DNA of 64,000 bases from Pseudomonadota bacterium (lineage in GTDB: Bacteria > Desulfobacterota > Desulfobacteria > Desulfobacterales > JBDRRP01). The stretch covers positions 1 to 64,000 of the forward strand of contig JBDRRP010000004.1 of NCBI GenBank assembly GCA_043825735.1. The letters run 5' to 3'. A model generated the notes under the pieces. It worked only from the letters and a program-made list of their open reading frames with translations, was not told where the DNA came from and made no database searches. The position numbers and the translations under genes are program-made. How positions within the stretch are numbered: the first letter of the stretch is position 1; each line of letters opens with the position of its first letter. Shown here in pieces: positions 31,420 to 39,911 of the stretch.

Positions 31420-31423
31420 AAGG

Positions 31424-31499
31424 TGGTGGAGATGAGGGGGAGCGAAACCCTGACCTCAGCGTTGCGAACGATGCGCACTCCCAGCTGAGCTACATCACC
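31424..31499 (-). tRNA. tRNA-Ala(CGC), degenerate (probable pseudo-tRNA)
   Basis: GGTGATG-TA-GCTC-AGCTGGGA-GTGC-G-CATCG-TTCGCAA-CGCTG-AGGTC-AGGGT-TTCGCTC-CCCCT-CATCTCC-ACCA; 76 nt with CCA, but one mismatch in each stem and A58 changed to C. Confidence 0.8.
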
Positions 31500-31570
31500 A
31501 CAGTGCACTCGCCATTTACCAGATGTGGCGGGGGGCCGTCAATTAAAACTATGCATCCGCAGAGGCTATC

Positions 31571-31678
31571 CCAATCGTTCGTGTTAGCTGATCACGGGCG
31601 GGGATAAACCCCGCACCCTACGAAAACCGCTGCCGTGGCGGCCATGAAATGTAGGGCGAGGGGTTTACCCCCTCCCGC
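31571..31678. repeat. GTAG-type REP-like pair
   Basis: CGGGCGGGGATAAACCCCGCACCCTAC ... GTAGGGCGAGGGGTTTACCCCCTCCCG. Confidence 0.75.
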
Positions 31679-31851
31679 GGCGACGCGCACCGGCCATGCC
31701 GGAAAAAAGCGCTTGTCATTCCCCCTGGATCGTGGATAAGTGACTTGTTTTTTCATATGAGACCGATCGGATATCACATTTCGTCAATACCGACCGGGGG
31801 CGCGCGCCGTGATCCGCGGCCCATCGTCCCGATACCCGAATAGAGGTGCGC

Positions 31852-33588
31852 ATGAGCATGACCATTACCCTTCACGATGCCATCAAGACATTTACCGACG
31901 ATCAGGACAAAATCATCCGACCCGAAGAGACGGTGCGCCGGTTCAAAAACAAACTGGCCGAGCTTGATCTGGACATTCTTGAAGCCACCCAGCGCATCGA
32001 CTCCGGGCGTCTGGGAATCCCCGTGTATTTCAGCCGCTGCGGCAAGGACGCCCGCCGGATTATCGGTACCCGCAAGCAGATGGGAAAAGGGGCCACCCCG
32101 CAGCAGGCCGAAGCCAGCGCCGTCATGGAACTTGCCGAGCGGTTCAGTTTTTTTGCATTCACCAAGGATCCGGCCCGGTTCATCACCGCCACCGCGGCCT
32201 CATTGGGCGAAACCGCGCTGCCGTTTCATTTTATCGCACAGTCGGTGCACGACACCACAGCGGACCTGGCGGCGGCGCAGCGGATCTACGAAGCGCTTCC
32301 CATGAAATGGACCCAGGCCTTCAACCTGACCCGGGGTCACGCCACCCTGGTCCCCTTCGACTGGTTTTTTGCCATCAACCAGTTCAACGGCCCCTCGGCC
32401 GGCAACTGCCAGGAAGAAGCGATCAGCCAGGGGATCTGCGAGATTGTCGAACGCCACGTGAGCGCCCTGGTGAGCCGCGGCCGCCTCGATGTGCCGGCCA
32501 TCGATCCGGCCGGGGTGTCTGACCCGGCCGTAAAGGAAATGCTCGGCAAATACAGCGCCAATGGCATCCGCCTGTTCATTTCCGATTTTTCCTTGGGCAC
32601 CGGCATTCCCACGGTCGGGGTCATGGCCTACGATCCATCGACGTTTCCCGGAAAAAGCGAAATCATCTGGACTGCCGGCACCACGCCGGACCCGGAGAAA
32701 GCACTCAGTCGCACCCTCACCGAAGTCGCCCAGTTGGCCGGGGACTTCAATACCGGATCAAATTTTGTCGCCAGCGGGCTGCCCAAATTTGGCAGCCTCG
32801 AGGAAGCGGCCTATATCACGAACCCCTCCAGGGTTGTCGGCATCAAGGATCTGCCCGATATTTCCGATGACAACATCCGGGTGGAAATCGAGCGCGCCGT
32901 CGCCGCCTTGGCTGACCGCGGTATGGACGTGCTGCTCATCGACACCCGGCACCCCCGGCTGGATGTCCCGGCGTTTTACACCATCGTTCCGGGCGCCCAC
33001 TTCAGGGAACGGGCCGCTGGCACCAGCGTGGGGATGTTCGCCGCCAAGCACATCACCGAGTCACTGGCCCCACGGCAGGCACTGGCGCGCCTTACCGCCG
33101 TTGATGCTGAACTGCCGGGCAAGTATTACGTCAAATTCTATATGGGCCAGAGCCTGATCGCGGCCGGCGCCCCGGACAAAGCCCTGACGCTGCTGACAGA
33201 GGCCGCGCGCCTGGATCCGCCGGACCAGGAAGCGGCCAGTATTTATGCCTATACGGGAGTGGCGCTGAAGGCGCTTGAAAGATATGAAGCGGCCCTTGAA
33301 GCCCTCTCCAGGGCCGAGCGCCTGGATGCGGAACGCACCGATGTCCACAACCTGAAAGGGTTTTGCTACTTCAAGCTCAAAGCGCATGAGAAGGCCATCG
33401 AGAGCTTTAAAAAAGTCATTGCCCTCGACCCCTCTTCTGCCATCGATTACGCCAACATCGCCTCCAATTACCGCGACCTGGGAGACCGGGAAAAGGCCAT
33501 TCAATTCTACGAAACGGCTCTTGCCCTGGATCCCGGCATCGGCTTCGCCCTCACCAACCTGATGGCCCTGCGAAAAAAAAACGCGTAA
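31852..33588 (+). CDS. YcaO-like family protein with C-terminal TPR repeats
   Basis: KQMGKG, ASAVMELAER, NGPSAGN, GICEIVERH (ExxER motifs); about 4 TPRs at the C-terminus; start 31846, 31852 or 31858. Confidence 0.9.
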   Translation: MSMTITLHDAIKTFTDDQDKIIRPEETVRRFKNKLAELDLDILEATQRIDSGRLGIPVYFSRCGKDARRIIGTRKQMGKGATPQQAEASAVMELAERFSFFAFTKDPARFITATAASLGETALPFHFIAQSVHDTTADLAAAQRIYEALPMKWTQAFNLTRGHATLVPFDWFFAINQFNGPSAGNCQEEAISQGICEIVERHVSALVSRGRLDVPAIDPAGVSDPAVKEMLGKYSANGIRLFISDFSLGTGIPTVGVMAYDPSTFPGKSEIIWTAGTTPDPEKALSRTLTEVAQLAGDFNTGSNFVASGLPKFGSLEEAAYITNPSRVVGIKDLPDISDDNIRVEIERAVAALADRGMDVLLIDTRHPRLDVPAFYTIVPGAHFRERAAGTSVGMFAAKHITESLAPRQALARLTAVDAELPGKYYVKFYMGQSLIAAGAPDKALTLLTEAARLDPPDQEAASIYAYTGVALKALERYEAALEALSRAERLDAERTDVHNLKGFCYFKLKAHEKAIESFKKVIALDPSSAIDYANIASNYRDLGDREKAIQFYETALALDPGIGFALTNLMALRKKNA

Positions 33589-33606
33589 ATGCGGAAGGGT
33601 AAAGGA

Positions 33607-34090
33607 AACCACGAAGGACACGAAGAAGCTATAAGAGAACTGCTGTTTAACCACGGAGTTCACGGAGGACACGGAGGTCTAAACTTGGCAAAGTCGTAAC
33701 AAAGCAATTCTCTCGCAAAGACGCCAAGCACGCCAAGAAAAAATTATTTAATATCAATGTGCTGACTTTGCGATCTTTGCGGCTTTGCGAGAGATTTCGA
33801 CTTTTTACAAATGCATCAAACTTGATGATCCGGTAAAAATCCCAAAGCCCGTCACCCCGGCGACCTGTCCGCCATAGCGCAGCAACGACGGAAGGCCGGG
33901 GCCCAGAACTTCTTTAAATCACTGGATCCCGGATCTCGTTTCACTCGTCCGGGATGACAGAAAAAGGGAAAATAAGCGTTTTTACATGGTCAGCAAACTT
34001 CAAAATCAATTATTTTTTTCTCCGTGCCCTCCGTGTACTCCGTGGTGATTAAGGGCAGTGTTTTTACCTTTTCTCTGCGCCTCTGCGGTG
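33607..34090. repeat. Multi-level nested palindromic repeat cluster between convergent genes
   Basis: At least five element types nested; described in findings. Confidence 0.85.
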
Positions 34091-34136
34091 AAACCGGTTT
34101 TTCCCAGGATTCGGCAAATCCCAAGCATACAGAGTA

Positions 34137-34928
34137 TCACTTTGCCTTGCGCGCGAGCACTTCGGTGGCCAGTTGCCGGTAGTCGTCGGCACCGAAACTG
34201 GTCGAGCGGTAGTACACCACCGGCGTGCCGGCATCGGCGCTCTCGGCGATGGTGGTGTTGTTGCGGATGACCGTCTCGAAGAGGTATTTGCGGTAACGCT
34301 CATCGCCGCGAAGCTTGGCCAGAACGTCGTGGCTCACCCGCGTCCGGCGATCGAACAGGGTGGCCAGGATGCCGGAGACCGCCAAATCGGGGTTGATCGC
34401 TTCCTTGATGGTATCAATGGTGTCAAAGAGTTCGGTCAGGGCCGCATAGGCATAAGGGTGCGTCTGGCAGGGCACCAGCACTTCCCGGGCGGCGGCAAAC
34501 ACGTTCACCGTGAGCAGCGACAGGCTCGGCGGCGTGTCGAGTATGATGAAGTCGTAGCGGCCGACAACCGATTGCAGGGCGCGCTTGAGTCGATTTTCAC
34601 GACCGTATTCGTTGACCAGTTCAATGTCGGCTCCGGCAAGATCGGTATGGGCCGGCAACACGTCAAGCCCATCCCAGCGCGTGGCCACCACGGCCGCCGT
34701 CGCGGGAAATGCTTTCGGATCCCGGATCAGGTCGTAAGTGCTCGGTGCGCCTTCGGCCGCCGACACGCCCATCCCGGCGGTGGTGTTGGCCTGGGGGTCC
34801 ATATCCACGACCAGAACGGAATGCCCCTTCATCTGCAGCGCCGCTGAAAGATTGATGACGGTGACCGTTTTGCCGACGCCACCTTTCTCGTTGGCGACGG
34901 CGATGATCCTGCAAGAATTAGACGTCAT
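34137..34928 (-). CDS. ParA/Soj-family ATPase (no parB adjacent)
   Basis: NEKGGVGKT deviant Walker A, VDMDPQAN, DTPPSL, VLVPCQT. Confidence 0.93.
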   Translation of the reverse strand: MTSNSCRIIAVANEKGGVGKTVTVINLSAALQMKGHSVLVVDMDPQANTTAGMGVSAAEGAPSTYDLIRDPKAFPATAAVVATRWDGLDVLPAHTDLAGADIELVNEYGRENRLKRALQSVVGRYDFIILDTPPSLSLLTVNVFAAAREVLVPCQTHPYAYAALTELFDTIDTIKEAINPDLAVSGILATLFDRRTRVSHDVLAKLRGDERYRKYLFETVIRNNTTIAESADAGTPVVYYRSTSFGADDYRQLATEVLARKAK

Positions 34929-37171
34929 GGTCCTTCCTCCGATGTGATGCCATTTCTCAAGCCCTTCAGTGTCGACTGAATCTCCTCCATACCTGCCGAG
35001 ATTTCCTTGAGCGTCGTCAATACGGCATCTCTATCGACGCCGGTCCTGGTGACGAGCGTTTCAATGGCAACCAGGTCGGTGCCGAAAGCGTCGAAACGCT
35101 CATTGAGCATCAGGTTCATGTGGGCGGCGACGGCGTCAATCAATTTGGAGATATACTGAAACTTAATGTTCTCCCGGTAGCTTTTAAAGTGAAAGCGGAT
35201 GGATTTTTCCGTCTCCCGTTTGATGCGCCGCACGCCGTCCTGCAGGGCGGCCATCTCATCTTCCCGGGCGTTTCGAAGCGGCTTTTTGAGGACCGTCTTA
35301 AACCATTTAACCACTCGGTAGAACCCCAGCCGGGCGATCGCCTCGGTCTTGATGATTGCCGAATAGCGCAGCGTCGTGCCGGCCGGCGGCAGCGACAACC
35401 CGGAGACCCGCTTGATAGCCTGGATGTCCGGTCTTTCCAGGGGATGATCGCCCAGAGGCGCCGTCGCGTTGGATGCGCTGGAAATACTTTTGCTGGATTC
35501 TTCCACCATGCCCATAACCATTGCCTGGAAGGGCTCGGCCACGCTCATCAGGTGGTCGATGATCCCTTTCTCCAACGACCTGGTAAAACGGACCACCTCC
35601 GGATGGATGGTCTCGGTAATATAAAGATCCAGCGCCTGGCGAAAATCCTGGAATACGAGATACAGCGCGCTGGCAAATCCGGACGCCGCCAGTTTATCCT
35701 CATAGTTATGGAATCCCACGGAATAGCCATCAATAAATCCGACCACCCGGCTGATCAGGTCGTGGTCGCCGGAGTAAAAAAAGCGGTCGATGGCCGTTTT
35801 TTGATCCCCTTTCAGTTTGGTCACCGCCCCGTTGAAAGTGCTTTTCACGAGAGAATGGATCTGACCGATGCGCTGCTGCTGATCCCTTAAACGCTGCAGC
35901 AGCCCACCGGTGGAAGACGCGTCGTTGGTGAGCAATTCTTCCTGCGTCTCAGACCAGTTGAGCGCAGCGGCGCTCATGACGGTCATCCGTTCGACGGGAT
36001 TTTTCATCAGGAGACTGTAACGTTCTATTTCGAGCGCCGCCGTAAATCGACTCATGAACTGACTGCGCTGATCATTGGAAAAATCGATGAGCTCGGATTC
36101 CGCCTCCCAGTGGGCAAGGCGCCGGGCCTCCTTTTCGGAAAGATCGTCGCGGATAGACCGGTACAGCGTGTACAGGCTGGAGAAAGTGTAAACTTCGGGC
36201 GCAGGCACCATCAGGCTCAGCTCCTGCAGGACCTTGGCACGCACCGCCGTCAGCCCGTCGAGGCTGTCGTGTTCACTGAAGTCGCAGTTGAGCACGAACA
36301 GTACGTTTTCCATGATTCCCATTTTCTGGATCATGGTGAGAAACCGGAGGTCCGCTCGCCGGAGGCCGGTCCGGCTGCTGATGACATAGACTAAAAGGTG
36401 CGCCAGGTCGAGGTAGTCCTGGATCATCGACAGGTGAAGTGGATTGGGTGAATCACTGCCCTGGCAATCGGCGATTTCAATGGATGGGTCAAGGCCATCG
36501 GCGTCGAGCCGGATTTCAAGATCCCGCAAATAGACGGCAAGGGTATCATCGGCGACAAACTGTCGGTGCTCCGAGAATCGCTTGGCATTGAAGATGAGGA
36601 TCTTTTCCGAGGCCGGCATGAATGCCGTGACGCGCTCGTAGCCTTGAAGGTAAAGCGAAATCAATACCGTGTGCAGGTTGCGCTCCCCCTCACGCATGAG
36701 CAGGTCGGCATCAAGGGCAGCGATAGCATGTGCCAGGGCTTTACGGTCACGGTCATTTCGGATATCGAACGGCGCCTCTTCCGATGATCGCTCCAGCGTC
36801 GGCAAAAGCACCATGGCCTGGGCGATCTCGGCATTGATCTCTTCCCATGTCTTGAAATACAGAACCGCCTTGAGTTTTTTGTCGCCGCGCACGCGGGTGA
36901 CGATGGATGTCACCACCCCGGCCCCTCTTTTCAGGTGGTCGGCCCTGAACAGTGAGTTGGCAAAGGTGCTCTTTCCCGATTTGATCGAGCCCACCACCGC
37001 AACCCGGACAATGTCTTCGTCCAACAACCGCGGGAGTTCGTCGCAGTACGTGCGCCAAGCCTCACACCGCCGGTCAGCCGGGATACCCGCCCCCGCGGCG
37101 TTTTCAAGCAATGCCGAAAATCGGCCTGCCGCTGCCGTCAGCGTTGATTTAGGGGATTGGAAACTGTCCAT
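34925..37171 (-). CDS. Bacterial dynamin-like GTPase
   Basis: G1 GSIKSGKST, G2 VVTS, G3 DCQG, G4-position NCDF; long helical stalk; ATGA overlap with parA. Confidence 0.82.
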   Translation of the reverse strand: MDSFQSPKSTLTAAAGRFSALLENAAGAGIPADRRCEAWRTYCDELPRLLDEDIVRVAVVGSIKSGKSTFANSLFRADHLKRGAGVVTSIVTRVRGDKKLKAVLYFKTWEEINAEIAQAMVLLPTLERSSEEAPFDIRNDRDRKALAHAIAALDADLLMREGERNLHTVLISLYLQGYERVTAFMPASEKILIFNAKRFSEHRQFVADDTLAVYLRDLEIRLDADGLDPSIEIADCQGSDSPNPLHLSMIQDYLDLAHLLVYVISSRTGLRRADLRFLTMIQKMGIMENVLFVLNCDFSEHDSLDGLTAVRAKVLQELSLMVPAPEVYTFSSLYTLYRSIRDDLSEKEARRLAHWEAESELIDFSNDQRSQFMSRFTAALEIERYSLLMKNPVERMTVMSAAALNWSETQEELLTNDASSTGGLLQRLRDQQQRIGQIHSLVKSTFNGAVTKLKGDQKTAIDRFFYSGDHDLISRVVGFIDGYSVGFHNYEDKLAASGFASALYLVFQDFRQALDLYITETIHPEVVRFTRSLEKGIIDHLMSVAEPFQAMVMGMVEESSKSISSASNATAPLGDHPLERPDIQAIKRVSGLSLPPAGTTLRYSAIIKTEAIARLGFYRVVKWFKTVLKKPLRNAREDEMAALQDGVRRIKRETEKSIRFHFKSYRENIKFQYISKLIDAVAAHMNLMLNERFDAFGTDLVAIETLVTRTGVDRDAVLTTLKEISAGMEEIQSTLKGLRNGITSEEGP

Positions 37172-37409
37172 GATTCACCCGATTTGAGATCGCTCCTCAT
37201 ACACTGCGAGCCTGATATTGTCAAAAGTAAACCCGCCGGCGGCGGGGTGACGGCCTTAGGCCGGTCAGGGAGGCAGAAATGCCGAAGTCATTGTAATATC
37301 ATATGGTTTATGCTATTTTCCTGCTGAGAAGAAAAGCTAACGACATGCCGTAACCGGCCCCGGAATCGCTTCACACCTGTTATCGGCCGATGCAGGGGAA
37401 TGCCAATCC

Positions 37410-37550
37410 ATGTCAGAGAAAAATCCAGAGTGCCCGCTGTACAACCCTATGAACTGCAAAGAATATTTCAATCCGAAACTGTGCGCTTTCATCCGAAAAG
37501 ACAAAAACTGCCTAAAAAAGAAAAAAGTCAGCATTAAAAAGACGGAGTAG
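37410..37550 (+). CDS. Small (46 aa) basic four-cysteine protein
   Basis: MSEKNPECPLYNPMNCKEYFNPKLCAFIRKDKNCLKKKKVSIKKTE*; AGGGGA SD about 10 nt upstream; below the ORF-track size cut-off. Confidence 0.65.
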   Translation: MSEKNPECPLYNPMNCKEYFNPKLCAFIRKDKNCLKKKKVSIKKTE

Positions 37551-37599
37551 ATACCGTATCAAAAACGGGCTTCCGAATCACGCAATCGATCAGGTGGTT

Positions 37600-38172
37600 T
37601 CAGGCATGCCCGGCAATGTCTGTGAGCAGCGCCGGATCGATGCCAATGCTCCGGATGGCACACTCCCATCGCTCATGAATGGGAACCCGGAAGATGATGT
37701 CGTTAGTGGCCGGCCCGTTCAGCCATGCATTTTGACGCATTTCGGCATCCAATTGCCCCGGAGCCCAACCGGCACAGCCGAGCGCGATCAGCGCCATTTC
37801 AGGCCCCTGCCCTTTGGCCAGCGCCTCCAGAATATCCAGGCTGTTGCTCAATGCGAGATGATCTGACACAGGCAGGCAGCCATCGAAGCCCATGGGGGGG
37901 CCGTGGAGCACGAAAATCTCATCGCCATGCACCGGCCCGCCGATATGAACCGGTATCTTCGAGGCGTCTATGCGCATTTCGAGATCCAACTCTGAGAAAA
38001 TGTCTTTAGCCGAAAGCAGGGCATGCACCCGGTTGATGACGATGCCTAAAGCGCCCTGGTCGCTGTGCTCCGATATACAGGTGACCGTCTGGAAAAAATT
38101 CGGATCCGCCAGAGCGGGCATGGCGATAACGAATTGCCCCCTGAGAAAACCGCTGGGTAGAACCGATGGCAT
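37600..38172 (-). CDS. YqgE/AlgH family protein
   Basis: IAMPALADPNF, GALGIVINR, GGPV, GCAGWAPGQLDAE, C-terminal GHA; true start ATG 38172 after GAGGTGG. Confidence 0.93.
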   Translation of the reverse strand: MPSVLPSGFLRGQFVIAMPALADPNFFQTVTCISEHSDQGALGIVINRVHALLSAKDIFSELDLEMRIDASKIPVHIGGPVHGDEIFVLHGPPMGFDGCLPVSDHLALSNSLDILEALAKGQGPEMALIALGCAGWAPGQLDAEMRQNAWLNGPATNDIIFRVPIHERWECAIRSIGIDPALLTDIAGHA

Positions 38173-38340
38173 ATCCACCTCGCTGAGTTGCAATGATGGT
38201 AAAATTACCGCCAGGAGAGAAGGTTTGTCAACACTGTCGCCGGCCCAGCCGTGTTCACGCTTTTGACATGCGCCCTTGGCGTGCCCTATATTGACACTCC
38301 GGAAAGCGCTGGCGCATGGCGTGGCGATTGATTTTTTCGG

Positions 38341-38488
38341 AATCGGTATCGGTATCGGTATCGGTATCGAAATCGTTTTTTCAGACCGTTTCGTGACGCA
38401 ATTATAGGGCATCCGTTGAGACGCAGTCGGCATTTTTCCGCTCAATGGCGTTTCGATTTCGATAGCGATCCCGATTTCGATTTGGATG
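38341..38488. repeat. Hexamer-period (ATCGNN) palindromic element
   Basis: (ATCGGT)4-ATCGAAATCG ... CGATTTCGATAGCGATCCCGATTTCGAT. Confidence 0.8.
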
Positions 38489-38633
38489 GTTGGCCCCGAA
38501 AAGCCAATTCATCCCACGGCAAGAGGGTGGATCGGTTCCTTGAACATCGGACATCAAAGTTCACTGCGGCACAACGACTTCGCAGATAATCCGGTTGAGC
38601 GTTTTTAACTTTTAGAAGGGATGACACGCAAAC

Positions 38634-39512
38634 ATGACACTCTCATACGGCCCCATTCTGATCGACCAGGAAAGCGATTACCACCAGCGGCTGGCCGCAT
38701 GCCCGCAGGTATCTTCCGATTATAGTTTCGTCAACTTGTGGAGTTGGGCGGATATCCACGGCCTTGAATGGGCGTGGGAACCCGATCTCGTGTGGATCCG
38801 CCAGCGCACTGCTGCGCAAACCACTCACTGGGCGCCCATCGGCGACTGGACCGCCATTGACTGGCAGGCAAAACGCGATCTGCTAGGCACAGGGTTCCGT
38901 TTCGACCGGATACCCCAACAACTGGCCCTGCTGTGGGAGGCGATGGCGTCGCCACCGCAGGCCGTCATCCCCCGGCGCGGTCACTGGGACTATCTCTACG
39001 ACACCGAATCCCTGGCAAGCTTACGGGGAAACCAGTTTCATAAAAAGAAAAACCTCGTCAACCAGTTTATCCGAAACAATACCTTCACCTACCTGCCCTT
39101 CGGGGGAGAAATGATCGAGATGGCGCGCGACCTGCAATCGGACTGGTGCCTGTGGCGGGACTGCGAGTCTTCTGAAACCTTGTCGGCTGAAAACCGTGCC
39201 ATCGAAAAAACGCTGACGCACTGGGACAGGCTCGGCGGTCTGAGCGGTGGTGCCATCATGGTGGGAGATGCACTGGTGGCCTACACCATCTCCGAATCCC
39301 TTACGAAAGAGATGGTGGTGATCCACTTTGAAAAGGCCAACGCTGATTTCAAGGGGGCCTACCAAGCCATCAATCAGATGTACCTGGAAACGATCCAGGA
39401 TGCCTTTCGCGTTGTGAACCGTGAGCAGGATCTGGACGACGAAGGCCTGAGAAAAGCCAAGTTGTCCTACAACCCCATTGGCTATATCGAAAAGTACGAG
39501 GTTCTGTTCTAG
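38634..39512 (+). CDS. DUF2156 / phosphatidylglycerol lysyltransferase-domain (GNAT-like) protein
   Basis: SDYSFVNLWSW, WDYLY, HKKKNLVNQF, IHFEKAN, VNREQDL...GLRKAKLSYNP. Confidence 0.88.
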   Translation: MTLSYGPILIDQESDYHQRLAACPQVSSDYSFVNLWSWADIHGLEWAWEPDLVWIRQRTAAQTTHWAPIGDWTAIDWQAKRDLLGTGFRFDRIPQQLALLWEAMASPPQAVIPRRGHWDYLYDTESLASLRGNQFHKKKNLVNQFIRNNTFTYLPFGGEMIEMARDLQSDWCLWRDCESSETLSAENRAIEKTLTHWDRLGGLSGGAIMVGDALVAYTISESLTKEMVVIHFEKANADFKGAYQAINQMYLETIQDAFRVVNREQDLDDEGLRKAKLSYNPIGYIEKYEVLF

Positions 39513-39853
39513 AGTAATTGCCAGAATAATGTTCCGTTTCATCCCTGAGATCCTCTCGAGGTCGGGATCGAGGTCGGGATCGATATCGGGATCGAAATCG
39601 AAGTGTTCCAATGCCGATAGCGAATAGCGATACCGATAGCGATTTCGATGCTCACACGGCGTTGTTGTGGAAACGGAACGTATTTATGTCAATAGCTCTA
39701 ATCGCCTCCGCAAGGATTAGAATCGTCGGTATTTTTCTTTTTTCGTCATCCCGGACGAGTGAAACGAGATCCGGGATCCAGTGATTTTAAGCACTTCTGG
39801 ACCCCGGCCTTCCGCCGTCGCTGCGCTATGGCGGACAGGTCGCCGGGGTGACG
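39510..39853. repeat. Two adjacent nested palindromic elements
   Basis: 39510-39700: outer IR TAGAGTAATTG...GTTCCGTTTC / GAAACGGAAC...CAATAGCTCTA enclosing a hexamer-period palindrome; 39744-39853: GTCATCCCGG...CCGGGGTGAC element, an inverted copy of 33850-33958. Confidence 0.85.
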
Positions 39854-39911
39854 GACTTTGGGCAGTTTTTATGAAGCCATCAGTATTGAGCCTTATGCAA
39901 GCGCCTGCGGC

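Noticed and set aside
24700..31500. Intact integrative element at tRNA-Ala
   Set aside because: No integrase and no duplicated tRNA 3' end (TGGTGGAGATG) seen at the hisB side; at most an eroded islet.
33590..34130. Possible CRISPR array in the repeat clusters
   Set aside because: No constant-length direct repeats with unique spacers and no cas genes; the repeats are inverted and nested.
38173..38445. N-terminal IPIPIP extension of the yqgE ORF (and similar extensions on nif3, sppA, dnaG and the murU-amgK fusion)
   Set aside because: These are read-through of repeats, tRNA or promoter DNA; better SD-supported starts lie downstream.
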